Source: an uncultured Rickettsiales bacterium (GTDB lineage Bacteria; Pseudomonadota; Alphaproteobacteria; Rickettsiales; JABCZZ01). Taken from it: DNA of 64,000 bases. Shown piece after piece: positions 1 through 9,814 of this stretch. Both the position numbers and the translations under genes were made by a program. A model generated the notes under the pieces. That model was not told where the DNA came from. It searched no databases and was given only the letters and a program-made list of their open reading frames with translations. Where the stretch lies: NCBI GenBank assembly GCA_964454545.1, contig CAYVTI010000005.1, positions 106 through 64,105 on the forward strand. Reading direction: 5' to 3'. The stretch's first letter is position 1. Each line of letters opens with the position of its first letter.

Positions 1-264
1 CCATGATGCAATCATGATGACGACCAGCGCCGAGGCAATTCCCAGCGATTGTATCAAGGGACTTGCAAGATAAGCCCCAAGCTTGCCGCCAAGATTCAGC
101 ACCGGCCGGTTGGCGGCAAGATTAGGCGAGGGGTCGGAATTGTGGAAGCTCACCAGCGCCACCGCGATGAATATGGAAAAAGCGATGAGCAAAAGCCCTG
201 CCAGTTCCCGGATGCGCTTTCCTGACCACGAGATAGTATTATTTGTTTGCGCCAGATTGCTCAT
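1..264 (-). CDS. ftsK: DNA translocase FtsK, N-terminal membrane segment only (gene continues beyond window start)
   Basis: Not in the ORF track because it runs off the window. My translation from the ATG at 264 is MSNLAQTNNTISWSGKRIRELAGLLLIAFSIFIAVALVSFHNSDPSPNLAANRPVLNLGGKLGAYLASPLIQSLGIASALVVIMIASW. It shows a TM helix, a DPS loop and an NLGGxxGA motif typical of FtsK N-termini. Confidence 0.6.
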   Translation of the reverse strand, partial: MSNLAQTNNTISWSGKRIRELAGLLLIAFSIFIAVALVSFHNSDPSPNLAANRPVLNLGGKLGAYLASPLIQSLGIASALVVIMIASW

Positions 265-390
265 GACACCAGTCTGTTATTGGGCCTGCGAGGGTATATT
301 AACGATTTTGCGAGCATTATGCAATGGGCTTGAGGGAAGGCCGATTTTAACATGCATAGGTAAATTATTCTTTCAAATATAATGACCTGC

Positions 391-1413
391 CTATTTCTTC
401 GCTAGCGCGCGTTTCTCCACCAGATGCCATGAGAGTACCGCGCACAGGGCGGTTGCGAGGAAGCTTGTGAACAGAAGTCCGGTAAAATTGCGGGAACCGA
501 GCATCTGGAGTGAGACCTGCTGCATCGGGAAGGCATAAAGGTAAAATCCGTAAGAGAAATCGCCCCATCGGCTGAGGGCAGGCAGCAGGGGCAGCTTGAG
601 AAACCCGAAATAGATCACGGCGTAGGCAAACGCGATGTCAAACAGCATATTGCCTATCGTGGCCGGCAGGAAAGGGCTCGCCGCCACCAGCATGGCGGCG
701 CCGATAAAATAGCTGATTTTGAGCGGCACGGCGTCACGTGAAAGATAGAGCAGCGAGCCGATGGCGAACTGGCTGGCAAGGCGCACCAGGAGCTCAAGCT
801 TGCCCCATTGCATGGTCAGGATCCTTTCCTTCGCGTGCGGAGAATAAATCAGGCCATAAACGCGGATGGCATAGAGGCCCACGAGCAGGATGAACATGAC
901 TCGCGGGCGCAGAATTCCCAGAATGCCAAGCAGCGCAATCGCTCCGTAAAGCCGCGTCTCGTGCTGCAGGGTCCAGAGTGAGCCATTGACCGCGTCGATG
1001 GGATTGTTCCTGAAAACACCGGGAAGCTCGTATTGCAGCGGGAAAATCAGCATGCTGCGCAGATAGCGCCAGGTGACGGAATTGGTGAAATAATCGTGCA
1101 GGGAAAGCGTGGTCATGAGCGGCCCCAGTATGAAGATGCTGAACAGGATGACTACGCACAGGGCAGGCAGAATGCGGAGCGCGCGGTTCTTGATGTAATG
1201 CAGCACATTCCGGTTATTTTCATAACTCATGGTGATGAAATAGCCGCTGATGACGAAGAAAATCGTAACGCCCAGGCTGCCAAAAGACTCGAAAGAGAAA
1301 TAGGATACTACCGGATCGGGTTCTTTCGTAAAGCCGCAGCAATGCGTGTACCATACCATGATTGCGGCGCTAAGACGCAGAAAATCAAAGTTATTGTGAT
1401 GAGAAGACTTCAT
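391..1413 (-). CDS. Acyltransferase family 3 (OafA/YrhL-like) integral membrane protein
   Basis: 340-aa multi-TM ORF. It has NFDFLRLSAAIMVWYTH, GVTIFFVISGYFI and RALRILPAL motifs typical of acyltransferase_3. Confidence 0.8.
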   Translation of the reverse strand: MKSSHHNNFDFLRLSAAIMVWYTHCCGFTKEPDPVVSYFSFESFGSLGVTIFFVISGYFITMSYENNRNVLHYIKNRALRILPALCVVILFSIFILGPLMTTLSLHDYFTNSVTWRYLRSMLIFPLQYELPGVFRNNPIDAVNGSLWTLQHETRLYGAIALLGILGILRPRVMFILLVGLYAIRVYGLIYSPHAKERILTMQWGKLELLVRLASQFAIGSLLYLSRDAVPLKISYFIGAAMLVAASPFLPATIGNMLFDIAFAYAVIYFGFLKLPLLPALSRWGDFSYGFYLYAFPMQQVSLQMLGSRNFTGLLFTSFLATALCAVLSWHLVEKRALAKK

Positions 1414-1500
1414 AGGGCGAAAATGATATTGCGATGGAAGGATTTTTTATGCAAGCTAATCATTGCTTGACCTTGTGAATATAATTATTAATAAAGCCTA

Positions 1501-2571
1501 ATGAATTTTGAAGATAAACTGGAGATGCTGATCAGGCGGCATGACGAGTTGCGTGACGCGATGGCGCGTCCGGACGCCGGTTCCGAATATGCCAAGCTGT
1601 CCAAGGAATTTGCCGAGCTTACCCCGGTAGTGGAGTCCATTACGGAGCTTAAGAAGGCGAGATCCGAGCTCGCATCCATGAAGGAAATACTGGCCGATCC
1701 CGGCTGCGATGCGGAGATGAAGCGCATGGCGGAGGAGGAGATTCGTGGGCTTGACAAGCAGATTCCGGAGCTTACGCGCCAGGTGCGGCTTGCCCTTCTG
1801 CCCAAGGACGCTGCGGACGAGAAGAACGCGATCATCGAGGTACGTGCCGGGACCGGGGGGGAAGAGGCGGCGCTTTTTGCCGCGCAGCTTTTCCGGATGT
1901 ACCAGCGTTATGCCGAAAACCAGCGCTGGAAATTCGAGATTCTTTCCATGTCCGAAACCGGCATCGGCGGTTGCAAGGAGGTAAGCGCTTCCGTCACGGG
2001 ACGGGGAGTGTTCGCCAAGCTCAAGTTCGAATCCGGCGTGCACCGGGTGCAGCGCGTGCCGGTCACCGAAGCGGGCGGGCGGGTGCATACATCGGCTGCG
2101 ACCGTGGCCGTGCTCCCGGAAGCTGAAGAGGTCGATATCGTCATCAACGACAAGGATCTGCGCATCGACGTTTTCCGGGCGAGCGGCCCGGGCGGGCAGT
2201 CGGTCAATACCACGGACAGCGCCGTGAGAATCGTGCATATTCCGACTGGGGTTACTGTGCAGCAGCAGGATGAAAAATCGCAGCACAAGAACAAGGAAAA
2301 AGCGATGAAAATCCTGCGCGCCCGGCTTTATGAGATGGAACGCGAGCGGGCGGAGGCTGAGCGTGCCGCGTCGCGCAAGGGGCAAGTCGGAACCGGCGAC
2401 CGTTCCGAGCGCATCCGCACTTATAATTTCCCGCAAGGCAGGGTGACCGATCACCGTATCAACATGACGCTCTATAAAATCGACGCGGTCATGGACGGCA
2501 GCGGGCTTGGTGAGATGATCGACGCGCTTGTCGCCCATGATCAGGCGGACAGGCTGGCGGAGTATGGATGA
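1501..2571 (+). CDS. prfA: Peptide chain release factor 1
   Basis: 356 aa. GGQ motif present ([23 protein letters not shown]) and the full length follows the RF1 pattern. Confidence 0.95.
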   Translation: MNFEDKLEMLIRRHDELRDAMARPDAGSEYAKLSKEFAELTPVVESITELKKARSELASMKEILADPGCDAEMKRMAEEEIRGLDKQIPELTRQVRLALLPKDAADEKNAIIEVRAGTGGEEAALFAAQLFRMYQRYAENQRWKFEILSMSETGIGGCKEVSASVTGRGVFAKLKFESGVHRVQRVPVTEAGGRVHTSAATVAVLPEAEEVDIVINDKDLRIDVFRASGPGGQSVNTTDSAVRIVHIPTGVTVQQQDEKSQHKNKEKAMKILRARLYEMERERAEAERAASRKGQVGTGDRSERIRTYNFPQGRVTDHRINMTLYKIDAVMDGSGLGEMIDALVAHDQADRLAEYG

Positions 2572-2619
2572 GTATGAGAATGGAGTATCTAAAACGAAAA
2601 TGCTCTAAGTGCTGTTTTT

Positions 2620-3117
2620 TTACTCAACTCTCAGCTCTAACCGCTCATCCTTAATCTTGGAACGGAATTCCTCCAGCACGTCCTTGTAAAGCTGGCGTTT
2701 GAAGGGGACGATGATATCCGGGAGGATTTCCGGTTTCACCCATTTCCATTCAGAAAATTCCGGCGTATGGGTTGCGATGTTGATGTCGCTGTCTTTACCG
2801 GTGAAGCGCATGAGGAACCATTTCTGTTTCTGCCCGCGGTAGCGCCCGCCCCAGATTGTCGGCACCAGTTCCCGCGGCAGGTCGTAGCAGTGCCAGCCTT
2901 TGCTTTGCGAGGTGATGACGGCTTTACCGGTCCCGGTTTCCTCCCGCAGTTCGCGCAGGGCAGCGTGTTCCGGGGGTTCGCCCTCGTCTATGCCGCCCTG
3001 GGGCATCTGCCAGGCTTCCGATACCATATCGATGCGCCTGGCGACGAATACGAGGTTGTGTGGATTGACCAGCATGATGCCGACGCCCGGACGGTAAGGT
3101 AAATCGAGACCGGTCAT
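2620..3117 (-). CDS. rppH: RNA pyrophosphohydrolase (Nudix)
   Basis: 165 aa. Nudix box GGIDEGEPPEHAALRELREETG and an N-terminal YRPGVGIML motif as in RppH. Confidence 0.9.
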   Translation of the reverse strand: MTGLDLPYRPGVGIMLVNPHNLVFVARRIDMVSEAWQMPQGGIDEGEPPEHAALRELREETGTGKAVITSQSKGWHCYDLPRELVPTIWGGRYRGQKQKWFLMRFTGKDSDINIATHTPEFSEWKWVKPEILPDIIVPFKRQLYKDVLEEFRSKIKDERLELRVE

Positions 3118-4316
3118 GGGTATAACTTATTGCCGATGGCGGAGACGGGCACGAGATCCACATCCTGTTTTTTCAGATCCTCAAGCCAGACCTGCAGGGC
3201 TTCGGCCGTGGTGGGATAGGAGTGGGCGATTCCTATGGCATAGCCCCGGCTTTTGGCTATGTCAGTCAGGCTCTGGAGCTGCATGTCAACGACATTGCGC
3301 GAGCTTCCTTCGTCAATTATCTTGTCGATCCCCAGCACATAAAAAGCGTTGGCCTTTGCCAGCTCTTCAATAATCCCGTTCTTATCACTCTTGATATAGA
3401 TAAAGAGCAGGCCACGCTTTTTCAGTTCGGACAGATAAGGTTTGATGGCTTCTTTGTTCGCCATGATTTTTTCTCCGCCCACTGCCAGCATCCCGATAAA
3501 ACCGGGAAATTTTTCCAGCAGAGCGTGCATGCGCGCGATATTCTGATCGGGGCTTAAATCTTCCATGATGCCGAAAGGGCCCGGATCGGAGAGCGGGTAA
3601 TTTTCGGGCTGCATGGGAAGATCAATCAGGGTTTCAAAGCCGGTTGCCCTTGCCTTCAATGCCCAGCTGGTCATATCACCTGCGTAAGGCGAGAAGCTCA
3701 GGGTATAATCATGCGGAAGCTTCAAAGAGTTTTCCGTAAGTGATTTGCTGAGGCCCAGATCGGTAAAAACAATAGCAACCATCGGACGCTGTGCTTTCTG
3801 TGCATAAGGTCGCGCATAATATTTCCACGGCAAGGTACCGTCGCTGCCAGCCACAGGCAATATGCCTTTTTCAGTTTTTTCCGCGAGCGTATCAAGCGGC
3901 GCGGACGCCAGCCCTTCGTTGTTCTTCTGCCCGGCTGACGGTGCACCGAGGTCCGGTTTTTCAGGATATGCAATGGCGCCGCCATTATTATCCATATCGG
4001 ATTTCTTGCCCGCTTTTCCCTCAATCTCCCCGGAGGCCAGGTGAATGATCGCCCTTTTTCCATTCTCTACTGTATGTTCGGCACGCTTTTCTGAATTGGC
4101 GATCTTTATCAACAGGAACACCAGGACAAGCGCCAGAAGATAAATTATGGAGCTCCATAGCCAGAACCCCAATGTGCGGTTGCCGATTTTAGTATTGGAA
4201 GACGGCAAGACAGGACGGATGGATTTACCCTTTATCAGAGCAAGAGGCTTTCCAATCTTCGCTGTAAGGCTTTGAAACAACTCTCGTGGTGACTGCATAA
4301 TTTGCTTCTGCTCCAC
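3114..4316 (-). CDS. Divergent polysaccharide deacetylase family protein (YibQ-like), membrane anchored
   Basis: 400 aa with an N-terminal TM. The C-terminal domain (VAIVFTDLG...LSFSPYA...LIDLPMQPENYP) is typical of the YibQ/DUF610 family. The stop overlaps the rppH start by 4 nt. Confidence 0.75.
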   Translation of the reverse strand: MEQKQIMQSPRELFQSLTAKIGKPLALIKGKSIRPVLPSSNTKIGNRTLGFWLWSSIIYLLALVLVFLLIKIANSEKRAEHTVENGKRAIIHLASGEIEGKAGKKSDMDNNGGAIAYPEKPDLGAPSAGQKNNEGLASAPLDTLAEKTEKGILPVAGSDGTLPWKYYARPYAQKAQRPMVAIVFTDLGLSKSLTENSLKLPHDYTLSFSPYAGDMTSWALKARATGFETLIDLPMQPENYPLSDPGPFGIMEDLSPDQNIARMHALLEKFPGFIGMLAVGGEKIMANKEAIKPYLSELKKRGLLFIYIKSDKNGIIEELAKANAFYVLGIDKIIDEGSSRNVVDMQLQSLTDIAKSRGYAIGIAHSYPTTAEALQVWLEDLKKQDVDLVPVSAIGNKLYP

Positions 4317-4356
4317 TCCAAAGCCTTCTTACTGAAAAAAACGGGCCTGATAACTC

Positions 4357-5718
4357 CTAGTTAAGCGTCCGGTACACGGATAGCGAACGCAGGAGATCAT
4401 AGGCGCGCGCCAACTGGAAATCCTCGTTTTCCGGCATATTCTCATCCGACTCGCCTGTAGAAGTCTCAGGCTTTGAGCGCTTTTTAGCTTCCGGCTTGGT
4501 CTCCGGATTGCCTTCACCCTGCGCCTTATTCTGTTCAGACTGGTTCTTTTCATCCTCCCTGCGCAACCTGTGGGGCAGGCTTGCTTCCAGGCGCTGTATC
4601 GCGGATTTTTTGACCGGTTCTATCTTGGCCTGTTCCACGGCGATATCCGGAGTGATGCCCTTGGCCTGTATGGAATGTCCGGAGGGGGTGTAGTAGCGTG
4701 CCGTAGTCAGTTTCATGGCTCCATGACCCGGAAGTGGTATAATGGTCTGCACGGAACCCTTGCCGAAGGATTTTACGCCCATGACGACGGCGCGTTTGTG
4801 ATCCTGCAGGGCGCCTGCAACGATCTCCGACGCCGAAGCGGAACCGTTATTGATCAGGACAACTATCGGGATATCCTTCCCTGCGCTGTCTTTCGCGATG
4901 TCGCCGCCATGCGCTATGTAGCGCTTGGTGTTTTCCGGATCGCGGCCGCGGGTGGAGACGATCTCCCCTCCGTCAAGGAATGCATCCGACACGGCCACTG
5001 CCTGGTCGAGCAATCCGCCAGGGTTATTGCGCAGATCGAGCACGATGCCTTTTACATCGCCGATGGCTTTTTTCTGTTTCTCCCATTCGTCCCTGAGCTT
5101 GTCTATGGTCTGCTCGTTGAACTGGGTAATGCGCAGATATACCAGATCGCCATTGGTGCGCGAGCGCACGGACTTGATGCGTATGATCGCCCGGGTGATG
5201 TTGAATTCGAGCGGCTCAGTTTCGCCTTCGCGCAACACGGTGATTTTGATCTTGGTGTCAGGCGCGCCGCGCATTTTGTCCACCGCATCGGACAGGGTCA
5301 TGCCCATGACCTGCTCGTCATTAATCGCGCTGATGTAATCGCCTGCATGGATGCCCGCCTTGAAGGCCGGTGTATCGTCAATTGGCGAAACTACCTTCAC
5401 AAGGCCGCCTTCCATAGTGACTTCTATGCCCAGCCCGCCGAACTCGCCCTTGGTCTGAACCTGCATTTCCTTGAAATTCTTTTCGTTGAGGTAACTTGAA
5501 TGCGGATCGAGGGAGGAAAGCATGCCGTTGATGGCGGCTTCGATGAGATCGCTATCCTTGACCGGTTCCACATAATCCGTGCGTACGCGCTGGAATACAT
5601 CGCTGAACAGGTTGAGAAGATCATATACGTCTCCTGCCTTGTCGGCGAGGCAGACGCCGGAAACGCTGATCAGAAATAACGCGGCGGCGGAAATACGGAA
5701 AATAGTGCGACTGCGCAT
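4357..5718 (-). CDS. ctpA: Carboxy-terminal processing protease (peptidase S41)
   Basis: 453 aa. Signal peptide, PDZ segment (GLGIEV...GLVKVVSPIDDTPAFKAGIHAGDYI) and S41 core (DLRNNPGGLL, GSASASEI). Confidence 0.9.
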   Translation of the reverse strand: MRSRTIFRISAAALFLISVSGVCLADKAGDVYDLLNLFSDVFQRVRTDYVEPVKDSDLIEAAINGMLSSLDPHSSYLNEKNFKEMQVQTKGEFGGLGIEVTMEGGLVKVVSPIDDTPAFKAGIHAGDYISAINDEQVMGMTLSDAVDKMRGAPDTKIKITVLREGETEPLEFNITRAIIRIKSVRSRTNGDLVYLRITQFNEQTIDKLRDEWEKQKKAIGDVKGIVLDLRNNPGGLLDQAVAVSDAFLDGGEIVSTRGRDPENTKRYIAHGGDIAKDSAGKDIPIVVLINNGSASASEIVAGALQDHKRAVVMGVKSFGKGSVQTIIPLPGHGAMKLTTARYYTPSGHSIQAKGITPDIAVEQAKIEPVKKSAIQRLEASLPHRLRREDEKNQSEQNKAQGEGNPETKPEAKKRSKPETSTGESDENMPENEDFQLARAYDLLRSLSVYRTLN

Positions 5719-5786
5719 TAAAAACTCCTAGAAAATTGTGGGTTGCTTTCCTCATTAAAGTAAATGCAGGCAAAGCACAAGCGCGA

Positions 5787-6521
5787 TCATGCGCTGATCG
5801 CGCTCAAGAAAGATTTTTCCAGCGTTTCACCTTTATTCGTCTGCTTGAAGTGTTGCGGGGTGCCGAGGAAGATGAGCCTGCTATTGCTTATGACCCCGAT
5901 CCGGTCGCATATCTCGTCAATGTCGGACAGAATATGCGAGCTGAAAAAAATGGTTTTGTTCCTGGCCTTGCAGTCGAGCAGCTTTTCTTTCAGCATGATA
6001 CGCGCACGCGGATCAAGGCCGCTCATCGGCTCGTCCAGGATCAGGAAGGGCGCGTCAATCAGGAATGCGCCGATTAATCCCAGTTTCTGTCCCATCCCCT
6101 TGGAGTAAGAGCCCACCTTATTTTCCAGCGCCTGCGGATCGAGATCGAGTCTCACGGCTTCCTGCCGCGCCTGTTCCATGTCGAAAGGCTTGCCGAAATA
6201 AGCCAGCGAAAGCTCCAGATATTCCTTGCCCCTCAAGTAGCGGGAAGGCTGAAATTTTTCCGGCAGATAGGATATGTTTGTCCTCGCAGATGCGTCCATG
6301 CAGGATTTGCCGAAAATCCGCGCTTCCCCGGAATCGGGGCGCGTCAGATCAAGAATATTCTTAATCAGCGTGGTCTTGCCCACGCCGTTCAATCCGATGA
6401 GGCCGAACAGTTCTCCCGGTTCCAGGGACAGGGAAATATTATCCAGCACCAGATTATCGCCGTACCGTTTTGTGATATTTTTAACCTCGAGAGGTTTCTG
6501 TAAGATATTGTTCGTGCTCAT
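5787..6521 (-). CDS. ABC transporter ATP-binding protein (ABC-2/NatA-like), no adjacent permease
   Basis: 244 aa. Walker A GLNGVGKTT, signature YSKGMGQK, Walker B FLILDEP. Starts 17 nt after the preceding gene's stop. Confidence 0.85.
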   Translation of the reverse strand: MSTNNILQKPLEVKNITKRYGDNLVLDNISLSLEPGELFGLIGLNGVGKTTLIKNILDLTRPDSGEARIFGKSCMDASARTNISYLPEKFQPSRYLRGKEYLELSLAYFGKPFDMEQARQEAVRLDLDPQALENKVGSYSKGMGQKLGLIGAFLIDAPFLILDEPMSGLDPRARIMLKEKLLDCKARNKTIFFSSHILSDIDEICDRIGVISNSRLIFLGTPQHFKQTNKGETLEKSFLSAISA

Positions 6522-6538
6522 TATTGTCTTGCCTGGAG

Positions 6539-7519
6539 TTATTTGGTGGGCGCCGCGCCAGCGGGTGATTCTTTTCCCTTTACCGCAAAGAAACTGCCGT
6601 CCGGCCTGATTAATCCTTCACGTATCTGGAGGGAACTGGAGATAAACGTCTGGTTCGGATGCATATTTAATGTAACCATGTTGTTCGCGCTGTCCACAAC
6701 AATGTTAGGTATGTGGGTCTTCCCTCCTTCCGTCATCTGATTCCACTTGTCAGGCAGATCATTGAGCGAATGAGGTTTCCATACCAGCTCCACTTCTTTG
6801 CGCGATATTTTGCTGATATAGAATTCGTTGGTTGGTGCGTTGTGGCTGGCGGATATTCTACGTCCGTTGATGGTTACTATCCATGTGCCTGGCGAAGTGT
6901 ATACAATGGAGCCGAGGTATATGTTAGGGAGTTCATGTGGCAATATCTGCTGTTCGGGCTCGTTACCGAAAATGTCGCGCAGATCTTTTTTCTGCTTCTG
7001 GTCCTGTTTGTTGCGCGCATCGTAACTGTCATAGGCTTTTATCATTGTACTGATGGTATCCATTTCATCGCTGCTGAACATGATGGTCAAGTTGGTATGA
7101 GCTGTTGCTGGCTCAGTGGCGGCAGAAGGCGCTGCTGCCTGTCCGGCTGGCGCGGATGGCACGGGTAAGGCGGATGTATTCTCTGTGGAAGGTTCGGTTT
7201 TTTCCGGGTTCTTAGCCGATCCGGGCAGCGGCATGTGCCCGGACGTATTCGGCAACGGGATAACGGGAAGAGAAACAGGCAGCGACGGCTGGACTAACGC
7301 CGGTTTTGGCATATCCGCTGATGGTTTTGCTGGCAGCTGTGGTTTGGCAGGCGGAGCGTTGTTGCTAGTGGCATTGTTGTCCGGCATGACGGGAAGTTCA
7401 AGGGTTTCTCCGGCCTTTGCAGGTGGGGCGGAGTTGTCGGAAGTCCCCCATGCAGGATGGACGGCAAGCATCGCGTACAAAGCGGCGGATAAGGCAAATA
7501 AAGACGCTTTATGTTGCAT
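6539..7519 (-). CDS. Secreted Pro/Ala/Ser-rich protein with PilP / GspC-HR-like C-terminal domain (hypothetical)
   Basis: 326 aa. Signal peptide MQHKASLFALSAALYAMLAVHPAWG, then a long low-complexity P/A/S linker. The C-terminal LGSIVYTSPGTWIVTINGRRIS...ISKISRKEVELV resembles the PilP/GspC HR pattern. Its start overlaps the upstream stop (TAATG). Confidence 0.5.
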   Translation of the reverse strand: MQHKASLFALSAALYAMLAVHPAWGTSDNSAPPAKAGETLELPVMPDNNATSNNAPPAKPQLPAKPSADMPKPALVQPSLPVSLPVIPLPNTSGHMPLPGSAKNPEKTEPSTENTSALPVPSAPAGQAAAPSAATEPATAHTNLTIMFSSDEMDTISTMIKAYDSYDARNKQDQKQKKDLRDIFGNEPEQQILPHELPNIYLGSIVYTSPGTWIVTINGRRISASHNAPTNEFYISKISRKEVELVWKPHSLNDLPDKWNQMTEGGKTHIPNIVVDSANNMVTLNMHPNQTFISSSLQIREGLIRPDGSFFAVKGKESPAGAAPTK

Positions 7520-8178
7520 TATTTTGCCCCATTCGCGTTTTCCTGATTAGAACGTATGCCGATCCATGTGAACGTCAGGTCCCCGGTCACCATCGGAACA
7601 AGCGTGTGCTGGTTCGTCGCCAGCAATACGCTGTTTTTCGATAACTCCCCGCTTTTAACTATTTTAAGTTCGGAAATCATTACGATGCCGGGCAGTTTGT
7701 GTTGCAGATCGTGGATGAGATTATATACCGAATTATCCGAAAGGGCGCCGAAGGTGATGTGTACCGTGCTTTTGACAGCCTTGCCGCTTTTTATGGTAAA
7801 TGTATTCTCGCTTACATCCGCTATGGGAGATACGGTAACTTCTATGTTGTTGGATAAATGATGGATTTTGCGTAAAGACGAAAGCAGTTCGGTCACCGTT
7901 TCACGGTTAATGGTGAAATTCTCGTTATGGTCCTTCACATAATTATCGTGGTACTTCGCCACCTCATTCTGCAGGCCGAGATTCGTTTCAATTTCTCTGT
8001 ATTCGGAACTTATCGTATTATTCTGTCCCTGCTTCAAGGATTGTTCCGCCTCCATACTGTCATTATAGTTAGACAGGTAGAATGCCGCGGAAATCAAGAT
8101 GGCAAGCGCCAGCGAAACGATAACGGCGCTTTTTACCAGCAGCTTTTTCAGTAATTTTTCTTTTGATATTGTCAACAT
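7519..8178 (-). CDS. PilO / GspM / MshJ-like bitopic inner-membrane protein (hypothetical)
   Basis: 219 aa. Short cytoplasmic N-terminus, one TM (SAVIVSLALAILISAAFYL), a polar coiled region and a C-terminal domain. The motif VYNLIHDLQHKLPGIVMISELKI resembles the PilO LPRIVTL motif. Confidence 0.5.
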   Translation of the reverse strand: MLTISKEKLLKKLLVKSAVIVSLALAILISAAFYLSNYNDSMEAEQSLKQGQNNTISSEYREIETNLGLQNEVAKYHDNYVKDHNENFTINRETVTELLSSLRKIHHLSNNIEVTVSPIADVSENTFTIKSGKAVKSTVHITFGALSDNSVYNLIHDLQHKLPGIVMISELKIVKSGELSKNSVLLATNQHTLVPMVTGDLTFTWIGIRSNQENANGAK

Positions 8179-8179
8179 A

Positions 8180-9814
8180 TCATCTGCCCGCTGCTTTGGT
8201 GGAATTTTTATCCAGATTCGGGCCAGCCATAGTTACTTTTATGATGTCGCTCTGCGTATTGGCGGAATTTGCTTTTGTGTCGTCGCTTAGAACTGCTCTG
8301 ATATCCTTATTTTCCGATATTATGCCCGGCAGATCGGAGTAGGTTATGTTATAAGCGGAAAAATGATTTTTCATACGCCTCGTAAATTCCTGCACGTCTT
8401 CAGCGAGTTTTTCCTGGGACAGTTGTGACGGCGGCGTGGTCATATGCAGTTCTATCTCGGCCTGCACCTGGCGTTTATCCGTGGCTTTTGTGACTGCCAG
8501 CGGATCAATCAGGCTCCAGTGGAAGCTGTTTGCAAGCGCGAATGTCTCTATGCTTGCGGATAGATTTTCCACCAGTGACAGAACATCCAGTTCCTTTTTA
8601 TTGATAAGCTGCGTCATGATCATGATGTCGCTATAGAGGCTTACGTTTTTGGGTAGCGTTTCTGCCCTCGCCTTGATTTTGGCCAAATCTGCATTCAGCG
8701 TTTTATGCTTGGTTTCCAGAGAGTCTATGGCCTGCTTTGCGCTGGCTATGCCTACCACACTCACGCCGATCCAGGCCAGAGCGGCCAATGTCCCCAGGAT
8801 GCCGGAAAGTTTCACAGATTTTACGGCAAGAGCCATCCAGCGGAGCTTCTTGGTATAATTGGTATATAGGGGAAGTATAAGTTTGCGTTGTTTTACGATA
8901 TAAGATGAAATAACGACATCGCCAAAATTATCGCCCACCTGCGCCGCCTCAGTGAGAGATAGCAGGCTGGCGATTTCATAGGGCGTGAAAATATGATGTT
9001 CGCCGGATTTGATATTTCTCGGATCAAGCACCTGCTTGATTTCATCGCCGCAAATAATGGTTATCGAAGTCTGCGACTGATCCTGCAGGCCGAGCCGCTT
9101 CAGGTATTCCATGGTATTGATAATTTCTTGCTCGATGTTGCCCGCCATCACACCGGGCGTGGGATCGCCGAACGGCTGTGCCATGCGTGTGAATACCAAT
9201 TTATCGCCACGCATGACAATTTGCCTGAAACCGCCTACCTTATGGTGGCTGACCAGTATTTGCCATTCGAGCGGCGACGCATCCTTACCGGTGCTTTTGA
9301 GGAGGGACTTTCTAATGGCTTTCATGAAGTTCTGAGCTTCAAGCGGCAACAGTCCCATGCCATTGAACGGGTTGGCGCGTTCCGTGGCGAACGCTATCCA
9401 TTTCTGAAGTATCTGGGTATTGGCCAGCGATACCATCATGTAATTCCAGTCCTTGCGACCAGTCTTTTCCCGATCCAGAATAATGAACCCCTTGATATCG
9501 TCCGGCGAGAAGTCCTTCGTCAGCCTGCGGTTTATAATTTTTCCGACGCTGAATGAAGAAACAGGTGGCAAGGTCTGGCGGACATAGGACTGATCCATTA
9601 TATCAAACAAGAGAGTGATGGGCACGTTGGGGGAATTCGAGAGCGCCTCCTCGAATCCTTTCACGTTCACCGGATCGGGAGATTGCGCAAACAGTCTCCT
9701 TACGACAGCGCCGCTTTGTATCTGCACCAGGACAGCGCCTTCATCCCCTATCATGAGAACGAAATGCCCGCGGCCGGATGATTTGCTTTTTGATGTTTTC
9801 GAGCGCGCTGCCAT
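8180..9814 (-). CDS. PilM+PilN fusion-like (GspL / MshI / BfpC-like) bitopic protein (hypothetical)
   Basis: 544 aa. A soluble N-domain of about 330 aa begins GHFVLMIGDEGAVLVQIQSG, like the first strands of actin-like PilM/GspL. It is followed by a single TM (LSGILGTLAALAWIGVSVVGIA), then a coiled coil and a periplasmic domain. Translationally coupled on both sides. Confidence 0.45.
   Translation of the reverse strand: MAARSKTSKSKSSGRGHFVLMIGDEGAVLVQIQSGAVVRRLFAQSPDPVNVKGFEEALSNSPNVPITLLFDIMDQSYVRQTLPPVSSFSVGKIINRRLTKDFSPDDIKGFIILDREKTGRKDWNYMMVSLANTQILQKWIAFATERANPFNGMGLLPLEAQNFMKAIRKSLLKSTGKDASPLEWQILVSHHKVGGFRQIVMRGDKLVFTRMAQPFGDPTPGVMAGNIEQEIINTMEYLKRLGLQDQSQTSITIICGDEIKQVLDPRNIKSGEHHIFTPYEIASLLSLTEAAQVGDNFGDVVISSYIVKQRKLILPLYTNYTKKLRWMALAVKSVKLSGILGTLAALAWIGVSVVGIASAKQAIDSLETKHKTLNADLAKIKARAETLPKNVSLYSDIMIMTQLINKKELDVLSLVENLSASIETFALANSFHWSLIDPLAVTKATDKRQVQAEIELHMTTPPSQLSQEKLAEDVQEFTRRMKNHFSAYNITYSDLPGIISENKDIRAVLSDDTKANSANTQSDIIKVTMAGPNLDKNSTKAAGR

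Noticed and set aside
83-382. 99-aa plus-strand ORF at the left edge
   Set aside because: It overlaps the ftsK N-terminal coding segment on the opposite strand and has no motifs or ribosome-binding site.
1498-2538. 346-aa ORF on the minus strand opposite prfA
   Set aside because: It lies entirely antisense to a confidently identified gene. The Arg/His/Leu-rich composition is typical of shadow frames in GC-rich DNA.
2572-2619. Rho-independent terminator between the convergent prfA and rppH
   Set aside because: A T-run is present, but I could not find a convincing GC-rich stem preceding it.
4570-5499. 309-aa ORF on the plus strand opposite ctpA
   Set aside because: Antisense shadow ORF inside a well-supported S41 protease gene. 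No motifs.
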